Origin: Antedon mediterranea
Lineage: Eukaryota; Animalia; Echinodermata
Assembly (NCBI RefSeq): GCF_964355755.1
Contig: NC_092670.1
Coordinates: forward strand, 33,530,388-33,594,387
Length of the DNA: 64,000 nucleotides
Direction: 5' to 3'
How positions within the stretch are numbered: position 1 is the stretch's first letter; each line of letters opens with the position of its first letter. This document shows, one piece after another, positions 46,862-62,200 of this stretch. The position numbers and the translations under genes were made by a program. The notes beneath the pieces are model-generated. The model was given only the letters and a program-made list of their open reading frames with translations, was not told where the DNA came from and did not search any database.

Positions 46862-47944
46862 TATGAGTACTATGTGTATTTTTAATATACTGATATATAA
46901 GAGAAATGTCATTGCATCTATTAATGAAACAGAGCAGATTCACTTGAATCAACTTTAAAAAAAAGTGAATGTGAAAAAATGAATGACATTGTTTAATTTC
47001 TTTCTTCGTCTTCTACATTGACAGCAGCGCCCCGAATCAACTCTGGTAGTTGCCATCGCCCAAGTCCGTACGCTCAGGATGTATGCACATCCCTACTATT
47101 CAACATCTTAAACAAATACGGCACGGACAGCGTTAATAATGTATTCTAATTTCCATAATTTCAATTTCATCTTCCATTTTTCTACAACTTTCGGCCTTGC
47201 AGCAGAAGTAGTTTTCGCGCGTGCCTGCATGACGTTTGCGTGTCGTACAAAATAACTTATCTTGACTTAACAATAAGTGTTTCAAGTTCAGGTATTTTTT
47301 AGTTATATAACTTGTGTAACTTGGTTGTGTATTTTTATACAAGGTGTACATAAATATATAATGAATATATAAAAAATGATAGTGTATTTTTTGTATAAAT
47401 TACGATAATAATTTCGTAATAAAGGGAAATGGTGAACTGTGATGGGGTCACTAAAAATATTGTAATCAAAGCTGATTTCCCTATGTCTTTATATATGCGG
47501 GTAGAGTTTTGAGGTTTTTTAAACAGTACGTCCTTACAAACGTATGGTAAACACCATATAAAGCAGTAGGCCTAAGCAAATGTAATGTTCATGGAGCTTC
47601 TTAGCAATCGTATGTAGTATAAAGTCAGATTTATTAAAATAAATTAAACAAAGAGTGTCTTATTTACTTGTTCATTCGTTTCACTAAACATTTATTTCTT
47701 TACTTTTAGATGATTGAACAATAACTAAATAATCTTAATTTGAGATAATAAAAAGAAAGGCAGGCTTCCAGATAGATGCAGGTTCTCGAGTCGGGTCTGC
47801 CTGCCAACAGCAGGAGCTATGTATATTATAGTTAGTTTTGGGCACATTATTAAAATATAATATCTTGCAAACACTTGGTCTTCTAGGCTCCTACATCAAT
47901 TTCTCTTGATTTCATTAACTCTTAAACAAAATCTAAACGACAAC

Positions 47945-48560
47945 TGTTTTAAAACAATATAGCAATTGGTATAATTAATAGACGATTTACATATTATTAT
48001 TATTGAATCAACACCATGTGTGACTCGTTTATTATGTAAAGCATGTTGAGCGTACTTTTTATAAAATCGCAGTTATCTACACTACATGTTTAATAGACAC
48101 GTTACTATACAATTATGTTATTTCCTTTCAAACACAGTAAAATATAATACGAGATATGTAGTTTATTTTATTATTTATTATGTATTAGCCCTTCATTAAT
48201 CACATAAGCTATTGCGTCTAACAGTCATTCTGCGTAAAATTAAATATTTCTGACCGTGCGAAGAATGCCTTTCCAACTAAAACAGCTGCTGAGCAACATC
48301 GCGTTTATTATAATAAATAGACGATTTCCATATATTATTATTGAATCAAAACCATGTGCGCGTTGTTCATTATGTAAAGGAAACTTGTTGTGGGTAGAAT
48401 CTGACATACAAACCTACTTTTAAAAAATATAGCAATTGTTATAATTAGTAGACGATTTCCATATTATTATTGAATCAACACCATATGTGTCTGGTTAATT
48501 ATGTAAAGCATGTTCATCGTACTTTTTCTAAAATCATAGTTAATATCTAGTAACACTACA
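47945..48560. repeat. Three degenerate direct repeats
   Basis: TAGACGATTT.CATATTATTATTGAATCAA.ACCAT.TG...TTATGTAAAG recurs near 47979, 48318 and 48449. Confidence 0.8.
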
Positions 48561-49663
48561 TGAGTGTTTAGTAGATCCGGTAGGCCTACGGTATTTCTTT
48601 TCAAGATCTAAATTAGACACAAGATTTATAGTTTCTGTAATATACAAGCGTGTTGTTTCTTAGATTTGAAAACTGCAAGAGGGCGTACAAAACGCATACC
48701 AGGTGTAGGCCTATTCTTATGTAGAATAGATCAGTGAACAGTGGCCGCTCAAGACATGTCGATGTTGGCCTACAAGACGCTGTAAAGGTAACGTTTTTTT
48801 GTTTGTAGTCGTCATTTGACCACAGTAAGAATTAAATTATGGAATATTTCGTTTAGTGGAAAACAACCATGATAATTAACATAGCCACTGGAAAATAATT
48901 TTAAGCACGCAGCATGATGAAATAAGCAAGTAATCTTCTGGTGTTGGGAAAACACTGAATATGGGCGGACATTGTAAATATTCATGACATAGGTGACTAA
49001 AGATGTAACGATCAAATCATTTCCGTAACAATTAAAAAAATCTCTCTTAATATCACAGCGTGATAGGCCTATGTTTTGTTTTATTACACTTATGCCTATT
49101 ATTAGATTATATACCCGCCCCAGAGCGAGAACCCTATGTTGAAACTCTCCCCTTTCTACTCTCGGGCTATTTTCAAATCATAAACAATTCTCACTCGAGT
49201 CTAGCTTTTAAATGTAAGTACGCATTTAACTCTTTTCTAGCCGGCTGTATTTGCATTGAATTATCACGATTGCAATGTTTCACCGTGGAGGAAGTTCTCT
49301 CATGTTTACTAAGAAATATAGTATTGAACTTCGCATTCGGCAGGTATTGATACGGCTTTTCAGGGCGGATATTTTCTTTCTCATATGGGCATCGCCTTTT
49401 TATTAGTACATGGGGAATTAACATCTCACAATTACACCCTTATGTTCTGATATAAAAATTACACAAGTACATGTAACTATCAAAGATAACCTTTTATCAT
49501 TTCAATAAAGTTTCATTGATTTATCCTTCGGAAAGATACGTACCTGCTATAAGTATGGTGCAATACTTCTGACATCTGTTTTAAATGCAGACTCATCGGA
49601 ACCAGATATAATAAAAAAACTATCCTACAAACTCCACCAAACGTGATTTGCGACAAGAAGAGA

Positions 49664-52600
49664 ATGCCTAGCGTGTATACATCTTCATTTCAGAAGAGCT
49701 ATGATACGGTAAGATTATTTATCTACTAATATAACCAGCAACTCTATATCTACGATGGCCTAAAAGAGACACTGTTTTTTAGCTTATTTGTTGCTTAAAG
49801 TAATTTACTGATATATTGTTACTAGTAGTGATGACAATAATAGAATAGGTCTATTTCTCCACAGATTGCCGAACAAGTACTAGGGGTTATTAGACAATTT
49901 TCATAAAGTTTACATTCATTATAACAAACAATAGAAATTGTAAACCTTTAATTTGATATTCTGAATCATTGCTTTTATTTAAAATAATAATAATCATCGT
50001 AATCGTAATTTTCACGATTGTCTTCAAGATTTCGGATGGAAATACATCTAATGCTGTCAACAGTGACACAAATGGAAACGGTAGTACAAAAATACAAAAT
50101 GGCGGATCAGAAATCGAAATTAACAATGGAAGAGTGTGGACTGGTACCGGTAGTTCAGTGAATGGGAAACTGCTGATTGCTTTAATTGCTATATCTCAGC
50201 TTTTTCTATTTATGTCATGGTCAATTATAGCTCCATTTCTTCCACCAGAGGTGAGATACAGGTTTTGTCTAATCGTACAATGCGGATCATTGAAATTGGT
50301 GTAGGCTCATACTGTCTGATCATGGAGAAATTATTTCTCCATGGTCTGATATAATGATATTATATATACACAGTGACAAATCTGGGATGTTGCCAAACTA
50401 GTGGGGACCCTGTGTCTACAAATTGTGAAACTATGTCCTATTGTTGAGTGTACTTAATACATTTGTTTATACTAGTATGTAATAACAAGAAAAAATATTG
50501 TATTACAAAGATATTAATATTTAATTACATATTATAAAACTACTATTATGTAAATATATAAATGTATACAAATTGAACAAAAAAAGTACACATAATAAAT
50601 ACAAATACTAAAACACCGACAAAACAATACATACTTATAGAAAATATAAAGCAGATGGATGATATGAATTATTTATTAATAAAGATATCTATGTTAAATA
50701 TGTTAGATCACCTCTACTTTGCCGTATCCATTAAGGTTTATCTGTAAAGTGTAAAGCTCTGTCGACACTATCAAACTAGTTTGTCCATATATGAGCACAT
50801 TTTGTTGTCACATAACGTTTGATAGTGTAGACAAGGCTTAATGGGGAAGGGAATACTGTATATCTAAATATCAAAAAGTCTTTCACTTTTATAGTAAAAG
50901 CTATTGAGAATTAGTCTGACAATAAAGAGAATGGCAGGACGTTTATAACTATCAGTTCTACACATTGGTACTTGGTAACATCACATTGAAGTCCGAGGTT
51001 AAACTCACGCTTTCTGTAAGGAGGGAGAACATTCCTGTGGGTGGTTGACTTCAAAAGGCCAAATAAAACCAAATAAAAGAACAATGCTATCGCTTCTTGT
51101 TTATAGAAAGAGAAGTTAAATGCATGAGTCATAGGATTTAAATTTATTACACAAAATATAACGTAAACAAATTTTGTTCATAACATGGCACTTATTTTAA
51201 GGTTTGGGCAACATATTATTGATGTGGCACAAGTCCATCAACAGAGTTAATTGAGCTAATTAGGTAGTGGGAGGTACAATAGAGTCCGCCTTACGGCTTT
51301 CAAATTGTTGACTATCGTATTTAAAAGATATGTTTTCTGGCCCAAATGTAGACGTGGGAATGCGCCGGTTAGTTTGTAATGTATTTCTGTTTTCATTTTT
51401 TGCAGGCAGAACAAAAAGGTGCCAGTCAGACGGAAATCGGATTTATATTCGGTATCTATTCCGCTGTTCAATTTATTGTTGCACCAATTTGGGGGAAATT
51501 TGTAAGTAAATAGTTACAGAAGTTCCATACAGCATGCCTATGTTGATTTTTATAAATGCTAAATTGCCATATTATCATTATGTATTTTAATTTCACTCTA
51601 CACTGGCCACCCTGAAGAAGAGGTGATCAATTTATTTTTACCCGTGAATAAATTATACTAAACAGAATACTTAGGAATGCAAGCAGAATTACTGGTGTCG
51701 AGATTAAAGATATCACACAAATGTGTAATGATGTAATGATGAAATGATGCCTAATTAAAATAGCATTTTAGTTGGTGAATCTCATATCCTCAACAATAAG
51801 TTAGTAGTTACCAGATCTGGAATATTAACAACAATTCCAGTTAAAACAAATAGTCATAAATTGTCATTCTTACCAAGCGCTATTAGACAACAAAACAATG
51901 AGTTCCAAAGATACGTCATTAGGTCTTTCGTATTTATATGGCTTGATCCATGTTGATCATGAATGTAAATATTATGTGTGTATTGTTTCGTTTGTGTTTT
52001 TCTGCCAAGAAATCAATTATTATTGTAATATATGTATGTATGAATGACTTAATAAATTGAATCTGAATCTGAATCTGAATATACCATATTAGCCTATATT
52101 ATAATACTATGCAAAGGTGTTATTTAACACGTATGTAACCATTGTTTTAACATTACATTTTAGATTCCTGTTCTTGGAGCTAGATTCGTTTTCATTATAG
52201 GCTACATAATAACCGGTGCCACAAATGTCTCATTTGGGTAAGACACATTGTTTTGTTTCTAAAGGTTGCAACAACAATATTAATGTTATCTTATGTTTTA
52301 TACACAATTGCATTAATTTATTATAAAGAATAATATTACAACTCTCTTTAATAATACAACCATAACGTTTCATTATTTACAAACCCGTTGACGTTAATTC
52401 TCTATAGAAACTCTTTTGTCCTGACACTAGCAATTTATCTGATAGTACATCATAAGTATATAAACAGTACATATATTGCTTTCTTCCTGTTAAATTTATG
52501 GCTGTCTGTCAAACTTTTGTGGTTACTGGCGTTTGTGCTGGTACCCTAGTTGCTGAAACCAGTTATACTGGTTATAACTAAGTTAATACCGTCCTAATTT

Positions 52601-55600
52601 CTGACCTTTCTTCTAATTCTTTTTTTTTAAATAGATTCTTTGATCGTATAGCATCAGGAACTCCATTTGTAGCCACGTGTTTGTTAGCGCGTGCATTTCA
52701 AGGAGTTGGAACATCAGGTGTCTTCACGGCAGCCATGACAATGGTTGCCTATACTTTCCCAAATAAAATCGGACGGCTAGTGGTAGGTTTGATTAGTGTT
52801 TTAAGTGCGGTCCTTGATTGTGCATTTTAAGAGTACCGGTACAAATGTTATAACCATAGATTAATATAAGGACAGTACTAGATTGGAGTACGTCCTCTAG
52901 TTAATCTATATACAAACTACTTTGGTTTCCCTATCGATGAAGAATAAAATTGTTTGAACTGCGATAATATTGAGGCCACCCTCCTTTCACTCTATATATA
53001 AACTATTAATTAGGTAAAACACAAACCGGTAAAATGTATTGCATAATATAATATATACGTTATACAAATGTATATAATACTGCACCCACACACATACATC
53101 AACATTGCCGCAATTGTACTGGGAACACTTTTCTAAAAAAGCAAAGTCATTTTCCACACTTGTTTTATAAGATTCATCAACCTTTACCTTAATAGCCATT
53201 AGATTTTACAATGGTAAACGTTTTCCGGGTGCATGGTCAACCAATGAAATTCAATAAAACTTTATTATCCAAAATTTCGAAATTGGTCACGGTAGACGAA
53301 TATTCATTAAAAACCGTTACAAATGCATACACAATTACATTAAGCAAAACGATTATTATAAAATCCTTTAAAAAAATGTTAAAATAAAGTACAGTACAAT
53401 AAAAAGAAACAAATTGCACAACAATACCATTTATTAAGAAATCTAAATAATGGTATTTAAAAAATACATCTGTTGTTTTATCAATCTATCTCGCTAAATA
53501 ATCAAATCAAGTATTATTTCTTGAAACATGCATAATCTTATCTGGAATTAATGCAGTATTCCATCTTTATTGATAGAATTAATTTATACATAGTCTAACA
53601 AAATGTCCGTTGTTTTCCCCTTTCCAATAGGGCCATATCACGTCTTAATCCGTTCATATTATAGGCCTAGCCTATGATCGTTTTCGAGTTTATTTCTAAT
53701 TGTTTGCGATAGTTGTGTTAATTTACATTTCAAAGGGCCTACTGGAAGTATTTACCGGTATTGGCTTAATGATTGGACCATTCATCGGTGGTGTTTTGTA
53801 TGAGGTAGGTAAATGTATCCTTATCCAATCATTATAATATCTGTACGTTTTATTCAATTCTAGTTAAATTTGGCTTAACCGCCTAGGTTGAAATAGAGTT
53901 TTCAGAAACAACAAACTAATTATTATAATACTCGAAATACAGTTTGACATTTTTTTTTCAAAATGTAATTTGGAACATTGTTAAATATTGAAATTGTGTA
54001 AGTATTTTTGTTTTTGGCGTTTTTTTGTAAAACATTTTTCTTGTTTATTTTCAGTATGGTGGGTTCATTCTGCCATTTGTATCCCTTGGTTGCTTAATGT
54101 TACTCTTCAGTGTTATTCTGATGTTTGTGTTGCCTAAAGATTCATGTAAGTATTGTGTGTTCAAGTTTTAGTGAAAATAGCTAGACTATTACATTGGGGC
54201 GGGGTGGAAGAGGAGTGGTCCCTTTTTAAACTAACCACCTTCTTCAGGAGAGTTTATGGTCGTATACAAACTATTCATGATCATCGGCGTGTCAAAGTGT
54301 GCCACTATCGATTACATGTTTGTATTATCATAAATATCAAATACAAAACCCCAACCATGAAACTTCGGCTCTTTTTATTATTTTCCCATTGGTAATGTTT
54401 TAACTAGTATTCTTTGTTTTACAATAGATACTTCTACAAGTAAGGCTGGATCATTCTTGTCACTTCTAAACATTCCTGGAACGTGGGTCGGAATTCTTTC
54501 AGGTTTTTTGGCGGCTCTCACCTTTCTGGTGTTGGAACCTACGCTTTCTTTAGAATTGGAACAGGTATATTGTTTCATATTGAGTATGATTGTTTGCGTG
54601 TCAAGCAAAAACTTTAGAATTAAACACTTTCTCACATTGAATAGCTAATACTGAGAAAGAGTCGCTCTTCCTTGCTAATACTATACCCTTTTTGTTTCAT
54701 TAAAACTTCATACATACGTTGTACATTGATAGTAATATTTCTGAAAACAACAATTGCGCTGTAAATGGTTACATGGGTCGACTCGCCAAAAAAGTCATGA
54801 CGGCATACGCGTCAAATGACATTATCTTCTCGATATCATTATGAATCCTCATAACTTTAACGTATAATCATCGTCATCATTAACATTCCCGTTTTATCAT
54901 TTTTGTTACCATTTAATATTGATTAACAACTGTATTGTTTTTTTTTTCATACGCAGTTCAATTTAAATAGCATTCAAGTTGGCTCCGTGTTTCTACTGCT
55001 CGGTCTGGTTTACGGTTTTACCTCACCGTTTTTTGGATGGTTAGCTGAAGGGCGTGTTTCATCCCGTAAACTAGTAATTGGCGGTATGTTCATAGCCTTT
55101 GTAGGTTATATCATACTTGGTCCATGGCCGCCGCTAAATCTACCCAAGTAAGTCATTTTTAATGTTATTTAATAACATAATGATAGTCGTTTCTGTAATT
55201 ATTTTGTGGTTATGGAGTTGGCCAATCGTCACTCTTCAACCATTGTTCTGGTGGTAGAACAGATCTTTTACGGAAATACTTACAACTAGAGATCCAGTGT
55301 ACACATCTGGCTCGTGTTTACCAGAGTATGGAATTACCACGGGTCCATCTCATCACATGTTGTGTGGACAGACGAATTAGTAATGATTTAACGTCGTTTG
55401 TTTACTGTTCATTACTGTTTTTTTTTGGGTAATATTATTCCAAACAACATTCTGAATACTCATAACATTAACGCTAGTCTAATAAAGCTACGTTCTCACT
55501 GTGCCCGGATTATGTCTGGTAAACGGAGAGAGAGGAGGAGTCCGGAAACTGTGTGAACGTAACTTAAACAAGATTGTGTCTGACCTTTTGTAGTGTTGGA

Positions 55601-56629
55601 AGAAGAGTGAGCGTCTGATTAATAATAAGCCTACTATATTTTTTTATAGCTCTTTAGTACTGGTGTGCCTGGGCATTGTGTTGATCAGTCTTGCTTTTGG
55701 ATTTTCATTTGCGCCATGTTTCCAGGAGATTTTGATAAGTGCTAGGTTTAACGGGATGCCGTCAAATGTGTCGACGTACGGCGTGTTATCGGGAACATTC
55801 AATAGTGCCTTCTCACTTGGGTAAGAAGTAAAGATGAGGTCTGATTGCATTACACAGTTCTTAGGAGGATACTGTTTATATAGCCAACACATATAAAACA
55901 TCACCCCTGGTTGGTCGGTCATAGTCTCTCCGCCATCTGAAGATCTGTTATTCTTACGATATTTATATCCCATTAATAATATTCAACCCATCTTCAGAAG
56001 ACACCCCTATAATAAAAGTACATTTTTGTCGTAAAACGAGCGAGGAAATATACGGTTTAACATTATGGCCAACCTCAACACCTGCGCTATTAAAAGGGCC
56101 TGAAAGCATCCTTTAATATGGTTCAATCAACGAAATAACACTGTTTTTCTTTCCTAGGTCGTTTGTTGGACCGGTTGTGGGAGGAGCATTGGTAGAGGCT
56201 AGAAGCTTTTCTTTTTTATGTTCAACGATAGCTCTAATAAATCTTCTTTTGATGGTTATATCCATCGCTTTTAGCTTATGGGAGTTCAATTTTGGTAGAG
56301 GGTAAGTCATTGAAAACATATGCTAAGATATTATATATAAATTTGTCTCCGGGTCGAAAAAACAGAGAATACGCCAATAGGCTAATAACAGTATACACAC
56401 TTGAATATATCGACAACTAATTAATTATTAATTCATTTTACCGGGGCAAAACATTTTTGTACACATACATTTACACGTGCAAAACTATTTTAAATGAAAT
56501 TTATAATCCATTTTTCTTTTCTTTATTTTCAGGCGGCGAAAATACATTATTTCACGACGGTTTGAATACACAGAGATTGATGATGCTGACAGCGAAGAAG
56601 TTCGTTTACTTTCAAATGAAACCGCATAG
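49664..56629 (+). CDS. SLC18B1: SLC18B1-like MFS transporter, copy D (12 coding exons, 494 aa)
   Basis: Exons 49664-49708 (tentative), 50029-50250, 51406-51501, 52164-52237, 52635-52782, 53736-53804, 54055-54145, 54428-54564, 54957-55147, 55650-55820, 56158-56301, 56533-56629; GT-AG and phase-consistent. Confidence 0.87.
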
Positions 56630-57533
56630 GAAGATCCTGGAATCACACAATTGTTCAGTCTTTAATTAATTGTTCACTATACAATGCCTACCTATCTACA
56701 AAAAGCATGCACGTACACTGGAGCTAAATTCAAGAACAAACTAGTACTTGTGATTGTGAAAACCCTTACTCTGATGTACTTGGTAGCGTAGGTGGCTTTT
56801 ATTAGATTGTTGAGGGCAGTAGTCACTAATGGCTACATTAAATATAATGTAACATTGTGGGGAGGGAGTAGCTGCAAAGGCGATGCGATGGCGTGTGAAT
56901 GTTACTGGCGAGAAGATTTTGAAAGGGAATCGTGGATTTTTTACTTTTTTTGCATTAAAGGCGATATGGGCAAGGTGGTATCTGTTTAAGCGTAGCGTAG
57001 ATGAGAGTGTGTAGGATTTGAAGTTTTTTTTTATGCGCTGCGGATGTCGTGGTGGTTTGACGAGGCGTAAGAGATCGTCGATTGAGGGGGAGGAGGGTGA
57101 TGGTTTTGAAATATGCCTCTAGTTACTGTGTATGTTAGCGCGCCAAATGTGAAACCGAACAGTTTTGTTATTGCTCAACTCAAGTGGCATAAAGAACATT
57201 TTATGCGACATTAACAGTATCTGAAATGAGAGTGCTTCAGGGCAGGAATATTGAATACATGTTAGAAAGTCACAAATACCAGGAATATTCTAATAAAAAA
57301 CACCAAAAAATGATGTTTTCTTGTGACGTATATTCTTGTATAGTCTTGCATTAAAGGCTTCCAAACGTGCCATTTGGTTTGTGTACTCCAAATTCGAAAA
57401 CATTTGTTATGCCAACTTGGGGCGTAACTGGGGGCGCCTATCAATTTAAAGGGGTAACGACTCAGAAACTCCTGACTTTAGGTAGCCATTTTACATTATT
57501 GTTCTGTTTTGTGTTGCTGGAAAAGGGTATTTA

Positions 57534-57750
57534 TTATTTACCTCCGCCAAAGAGGTAAATGTAATCGATCGCGTGTGTTTGTTTGTTTATTTGTTTGTTT
57601 GTTAGCAGGATTACTCAAAAAGTAATTACAATCTTTACCAAAATGAATATACACAGATATATATGTGGTCAAGGGCCATTTCATTAAATTTTGGGACCAT
57701 TTTGGACCATGGTCCCAATTTTGGACCATGGTCCCAATTTTGGACCACTT
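57534..57750 (+). repeat. Helentron-like element 5' part with (GTTT)n and a 19-bp tandem repeat
   Basis: TTACCTCCGCCAAAGAGGT start, (TTTG)n tract, then TTTTGGACCATGGTCCCAA repeated; 3' end not identified. Confidence 0.45.
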
Positions 57751-58739
57751 TTTAGTATACTTTTCAGACCTGCTAGAGTTAAAAGATAAGACAGAATTTG
57801 TCAAAAGCCGGCGAGCAGTATTAAAGTACCAAGTTAACTGAAATTATTATTATTAAATTGCATTTTCTCGAGAAATACAAGAGTCAAGAGTTATAATTTG
57901 TGATTTTTGAAATTTTAAAACATAATTTGATTTAATATGCACCATTCAAGTTTACGTAATTTACAAGTAAATTAATTTGATTACATTTCGTCTGGAAAAT
58001 CGTCACGAGCGAAAGTAAAGAAGGATTTCAAACCACGAGTATGCATTATGCACGATGCTAATTAGGATTGTTTACAACTCGTCGCGGTTGAGAAGGTGTT
58101 TTTACGTTTCACGTTTTTATTATTTTGATGACCGGAAAATTTGGGGTTAGTTACTATTTTCAGGTGCCTAATTTAAGATTAGTAATAGTAACCCACTACT
58201 CTAATAGCAACCCACTACTCTAATAGCAACCCCTTTCTAATAGTAACCCACCCTAAACAAGCATGAATGTGCAATACTCGGTGTACAGCAAAAAGCTGTA
58301 CTGACGTCATAAGACGGGATGTGACGTCACATACCCATCAACCTCGCTACCAAATACGGCTATACGGTCCATTTCGAGACGTGATATGGCTGCATCCGGT
58401 TTGAAATTTAAAAATCCGGTTCATAGCTTTGAGGACATGTCCCTGTAGTATATTCATGCCAAACCCCAGCTCCATACTACAACGAATAAGGTAGGAGTAG
58501 TACTTTACAAATCCCACTTTTTACTCAATAGTGTCCAGATGGAGGAGGAGGAGAAAATGACTAAGTCCTAGACTCGGGTGGTACCCCGAGTAAAAACAAT
58601 CAAAGAATAATAACCCATGGTTTATACCATAGAGATATTCATAATATCTCTATGTTTATACAAATTAGAAGAGGTTACAACATTATTTTAATTCTTCATA
58701 AGACACCGCCGCCAACGGCAAAGATAAGTTTAGATTTTT

Positions 58740-59255
58740 GCTGCGCATGCTCAAAATTCATGCGTGAAAAAGATTTTCTCGAAGTAAACAAAACGTAAGC
58801 CAGGCCTAACTAGCTAGGTAGACTAGCTACTTAAATTTACCCAAATATTTCATTCATATACGTCCAGACTGCTGGCTATCTAATACGTAGATAGACCGGC
58901 CTAGCTAGTACTACAACTAGGCTAGGCCTCTAGGCTAGTAGTACTTGCTAGGCCTAACTAGCCTAGGCTAGGCTAGGCGTACTAGCTAGGCCAGTAGGAG
59001 GCTAGCCGCTAGCTAGGCCAGTAGGAGGCTAGCCGCTAGCTAGGCCTAACCCCGCCGTCACACTCGTCATCATACTGCATGCATTATGCAGTATAGCCTT
59101 TTAGGCCTAGTCAAAATTGAGTCTGGGCTAGGCCTAGTAAAATTTTACTTTTAGCCTAACTAAACCATGGTCTAGCATATTTTTCAACTTTTTACAGCCC
59201 TGCAAGTGGCGCACTTCTATCTACTTTAACTAGCCTCTAGGCCGCCTAGGCCTAA
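58740..59255 (+). promoter_or_regulatory. Probable promoter/first intron of copy E: NRF1-like site followed by CTAG/GGCC-rich palindromic repeats
   Basis: TGCGCATGCTCA at ~58742, candidate donor GTAAGC at 58796, dense TAGGCCTA/GCTAGC words, acceptor at 59279 just upstream of ATG 59290. Confidence 0.4.
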
Positions 59256-59289
59256 TTTTTTTTTTTATAATTAATCCAGCACAGAACAG

Positions 59290-62200
59290 ATGGATAGTGC
59301 AGAAGAAGATTCAGATAAGACTACCATAAACGACTATCAAACTCGCCTTCTAAATGGAGATGGCTGTCAACAGGAGTCGGATAGTATGTTGAATCCTGGA
59401 GACAGTTCAGATGAAGTTAAAGTTAAGAAGTCTTCAATGACAAGAGAACAGAAGATCCTATTTATTATTTTTGGATTAACAAATTTAACCAATGAATTAA
59501 CATTTTCCATTTTAGCCCCTTTCTTTCCTGCAGAGGTAATTCTCTAATTTCATTTTCAATTAATAAAATGCATTCTCAAATTAAATTTAACTTTGTTTTC
59601 ATTTATTTAAACAACATCCATTTTTATTTCAAGTATTTCTTTTCAATTGAGAAATTATAGAACATATTATCAGGGCAAAGTAAGCAAAAGTTTTTAAATT
59701 TGTTATTTTCATTTACCCAATTAAAATTATTATTAAATAACATTCTTTTTTTTCCATTTATTTAAAAAACATTTTTATTTCTTCTTAATTAAGATATTAA
59801 AGAATAATTCAATTCTCAGTTTTACAATTTTCTTAGCAAAGTGAGGCAAAAGCAACATTTTTATTTTGAACAAAAGAGAAATTTAAGAGTCCCATCTTTT
59901 TTAAATCTTTTTATACTTACGATTTTAACAATATATTTTGTAGGCTGCCAAGCAAGGTGCTACGAAAGTTCAAGTTGGTTTAATATTTAGTGTTTATTCA
60001 TTAGTGCAGTTCATAGCAGCACCAATTATTGGAAAATTTGTAAGTTTTACATTGTATTTTGTTAAATATTACTTCCGGGAAATACCATAACTTATAATCT
60101 GCCATTGTGACAGCCAGTTCCAATACCCGTCTATAATACATCAATGTTACTGTATGTTAATAGCACTAACTAATCTGTACATTTTTCCTTTTTCTAATGG
60201 TTACCATTCTACTATGCTCCTGTTGAGTCAAAAGGTCATGCTTCCCCTCTGCACTATAAATTTAATAAAAGAAAAGATATTGTCAGACTTGTATAACAGA
60301 AAATCAAAACAAATAGATATGGCAAATAATTCGTACCTACTTGCATATGGTTTGATAATGACATGCTCTAGATAATGTTATGGGTAGTGTTTAATCAGCA
60401 TTTTATGTGTAGTGTTTTAATCAGCATTTTATTGGTAATATTTTAATCAGCATTTTATGGGTAGTATTTTTGTCAGTATTTTAAACCTTTTTGTTTTACT
60501 TTTAGCTTCCAACAATTGGTTGTAGGTTTGCATTTATTTGCGGATTTTTTGTCAATTCTGGTTGTAACATTTTATACGGGTAAGTATTAAAAGATGACTA
60601 TAAAAAAAAAAACAGATGTCAGGCATTTTTTTAAGTGGGTACCAAGCTTAAAGTACAGTTGTCTGGCCCCAGAAACCATCATACCTGTATTGAGGTGAGG
60701 AAATAGGACACATGTGTTGTCGGTCGTCCCAAATTGAAAGATCTCTACTAATTGTAACTTTTAAAATGAAGAGAAAAATGAAAATTATTCATAAATCTTC
60801 TTATATATGTAATTAAAAGTGTTGGTTTCAGATTTTTAGACCGAGTGGCGCCAGGTACAGAGTTTCTTGTTTACTGTATTTTAATAAGAAGTATAGAAGC
60901 TATTGGTACTACCGCATTCCTTACTGCATTAATGGCATTGGTTCCAAACAAATTTCCAGATTCAGTTGGGCAAACAATGGTGAGTTAAATAATGTAGAAA
61001 TGGAAGAATGAATTCACCATGGTTAAATCCAGGAGGGGAAAAAATCAATTACATAATGTACTGTTTTTATTTTTCTATAAAAATAAAAATTGAAAAAATG
61101 ATCCTATCATTTCTAGCCGTTTTCAACCCACTGGCATACCTCTCCAAGACTGTCTATTTTGTACTGTTCTCATCCATGCATCAATTGTTTGGGAAATTTC
61201 ATTTTAGATCTGCCTTCAGGTCCAACTCCAGGTCTCCCTTTAAGTCTCCCTTCAGCTATTTCTTTAGGTCTCCCTTTAAGTCTTCCTTTAAGTCTTACTT
61301 TAGGTCTCCCTTTAAGTCTCTATAAGTCTCCCTTCAGGTCACCCTCTAGGTCTTCCTTTAAGTCTCATTCCATGTCCATTCCATGGAGGTTGGCAAGCAT
61401 GATATAACTTTTCAAGGACCAAAAATTTGGAATTCTTTACCAGATGAAATTAAAATTATTAATTTTATATCTTCATTTAAGTTCAAACTACATGAATACC
61501 TTGTTTCTACTATTATTATTTAAGTTGATCATATATCTGTCTTAAGTCAAATAATAACTGCATTTGTTAAGTTAAATGTCTTTTTATGTTCATTATCATA
61601 TATTATATATATTTCTTACCTTACCTTACTTTTAATTATGTTGCCAGGACCCCACATTTTAAAGCTTAAGCTTCCTGTGGGGTACCCCTTTTTCTCATTT
61701 ATTATCTATTATTTTTAGAAAATGTTAACTGTTTTTTTGTGTTTTTATTTGAGAAATAAAAATTATTGATTGATTGATTGATTGATTGATGTCTCCCATT
61801 ACGTCTCTCGTTAAGTCTTCCTTTAGGTCTCCCTTTGAGTCTCACTCCAAGTCTCCCTTTAGGTATCCCTTCAGGTCTCACTTCGGGTCTTTCTTTAGAT
61901 CTTCCTTTTCAATAATCCTCAACTCATTCATGCATTTGGTTCATACTGTATATACTATGTTTTTATTCTAGGGCAATATTGAGATTTTTGCTGGTATTGG
62001 TCTCACAATTGGACCTTTTCTAGGTGGTGTTTTATATCAGGTAATTTGTGATTCCCTCATCTGACACATTACATATAGTATGTAGTACATGATTTAGGCC
62101 TATGGCCAGAAACAACTACTCCACTATTATAATAATTAGTACATGTAATACAGTAATGGGTTCCTCTGCTGCTTCTTCTTTTTGGTTATCTTTATGAACA

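Noticed and set aside
61008-61971. RSPFKSPF / GLPLSLP repeat proteins
   Set aside because: Translations of an intronic 12-bp minisatellite.
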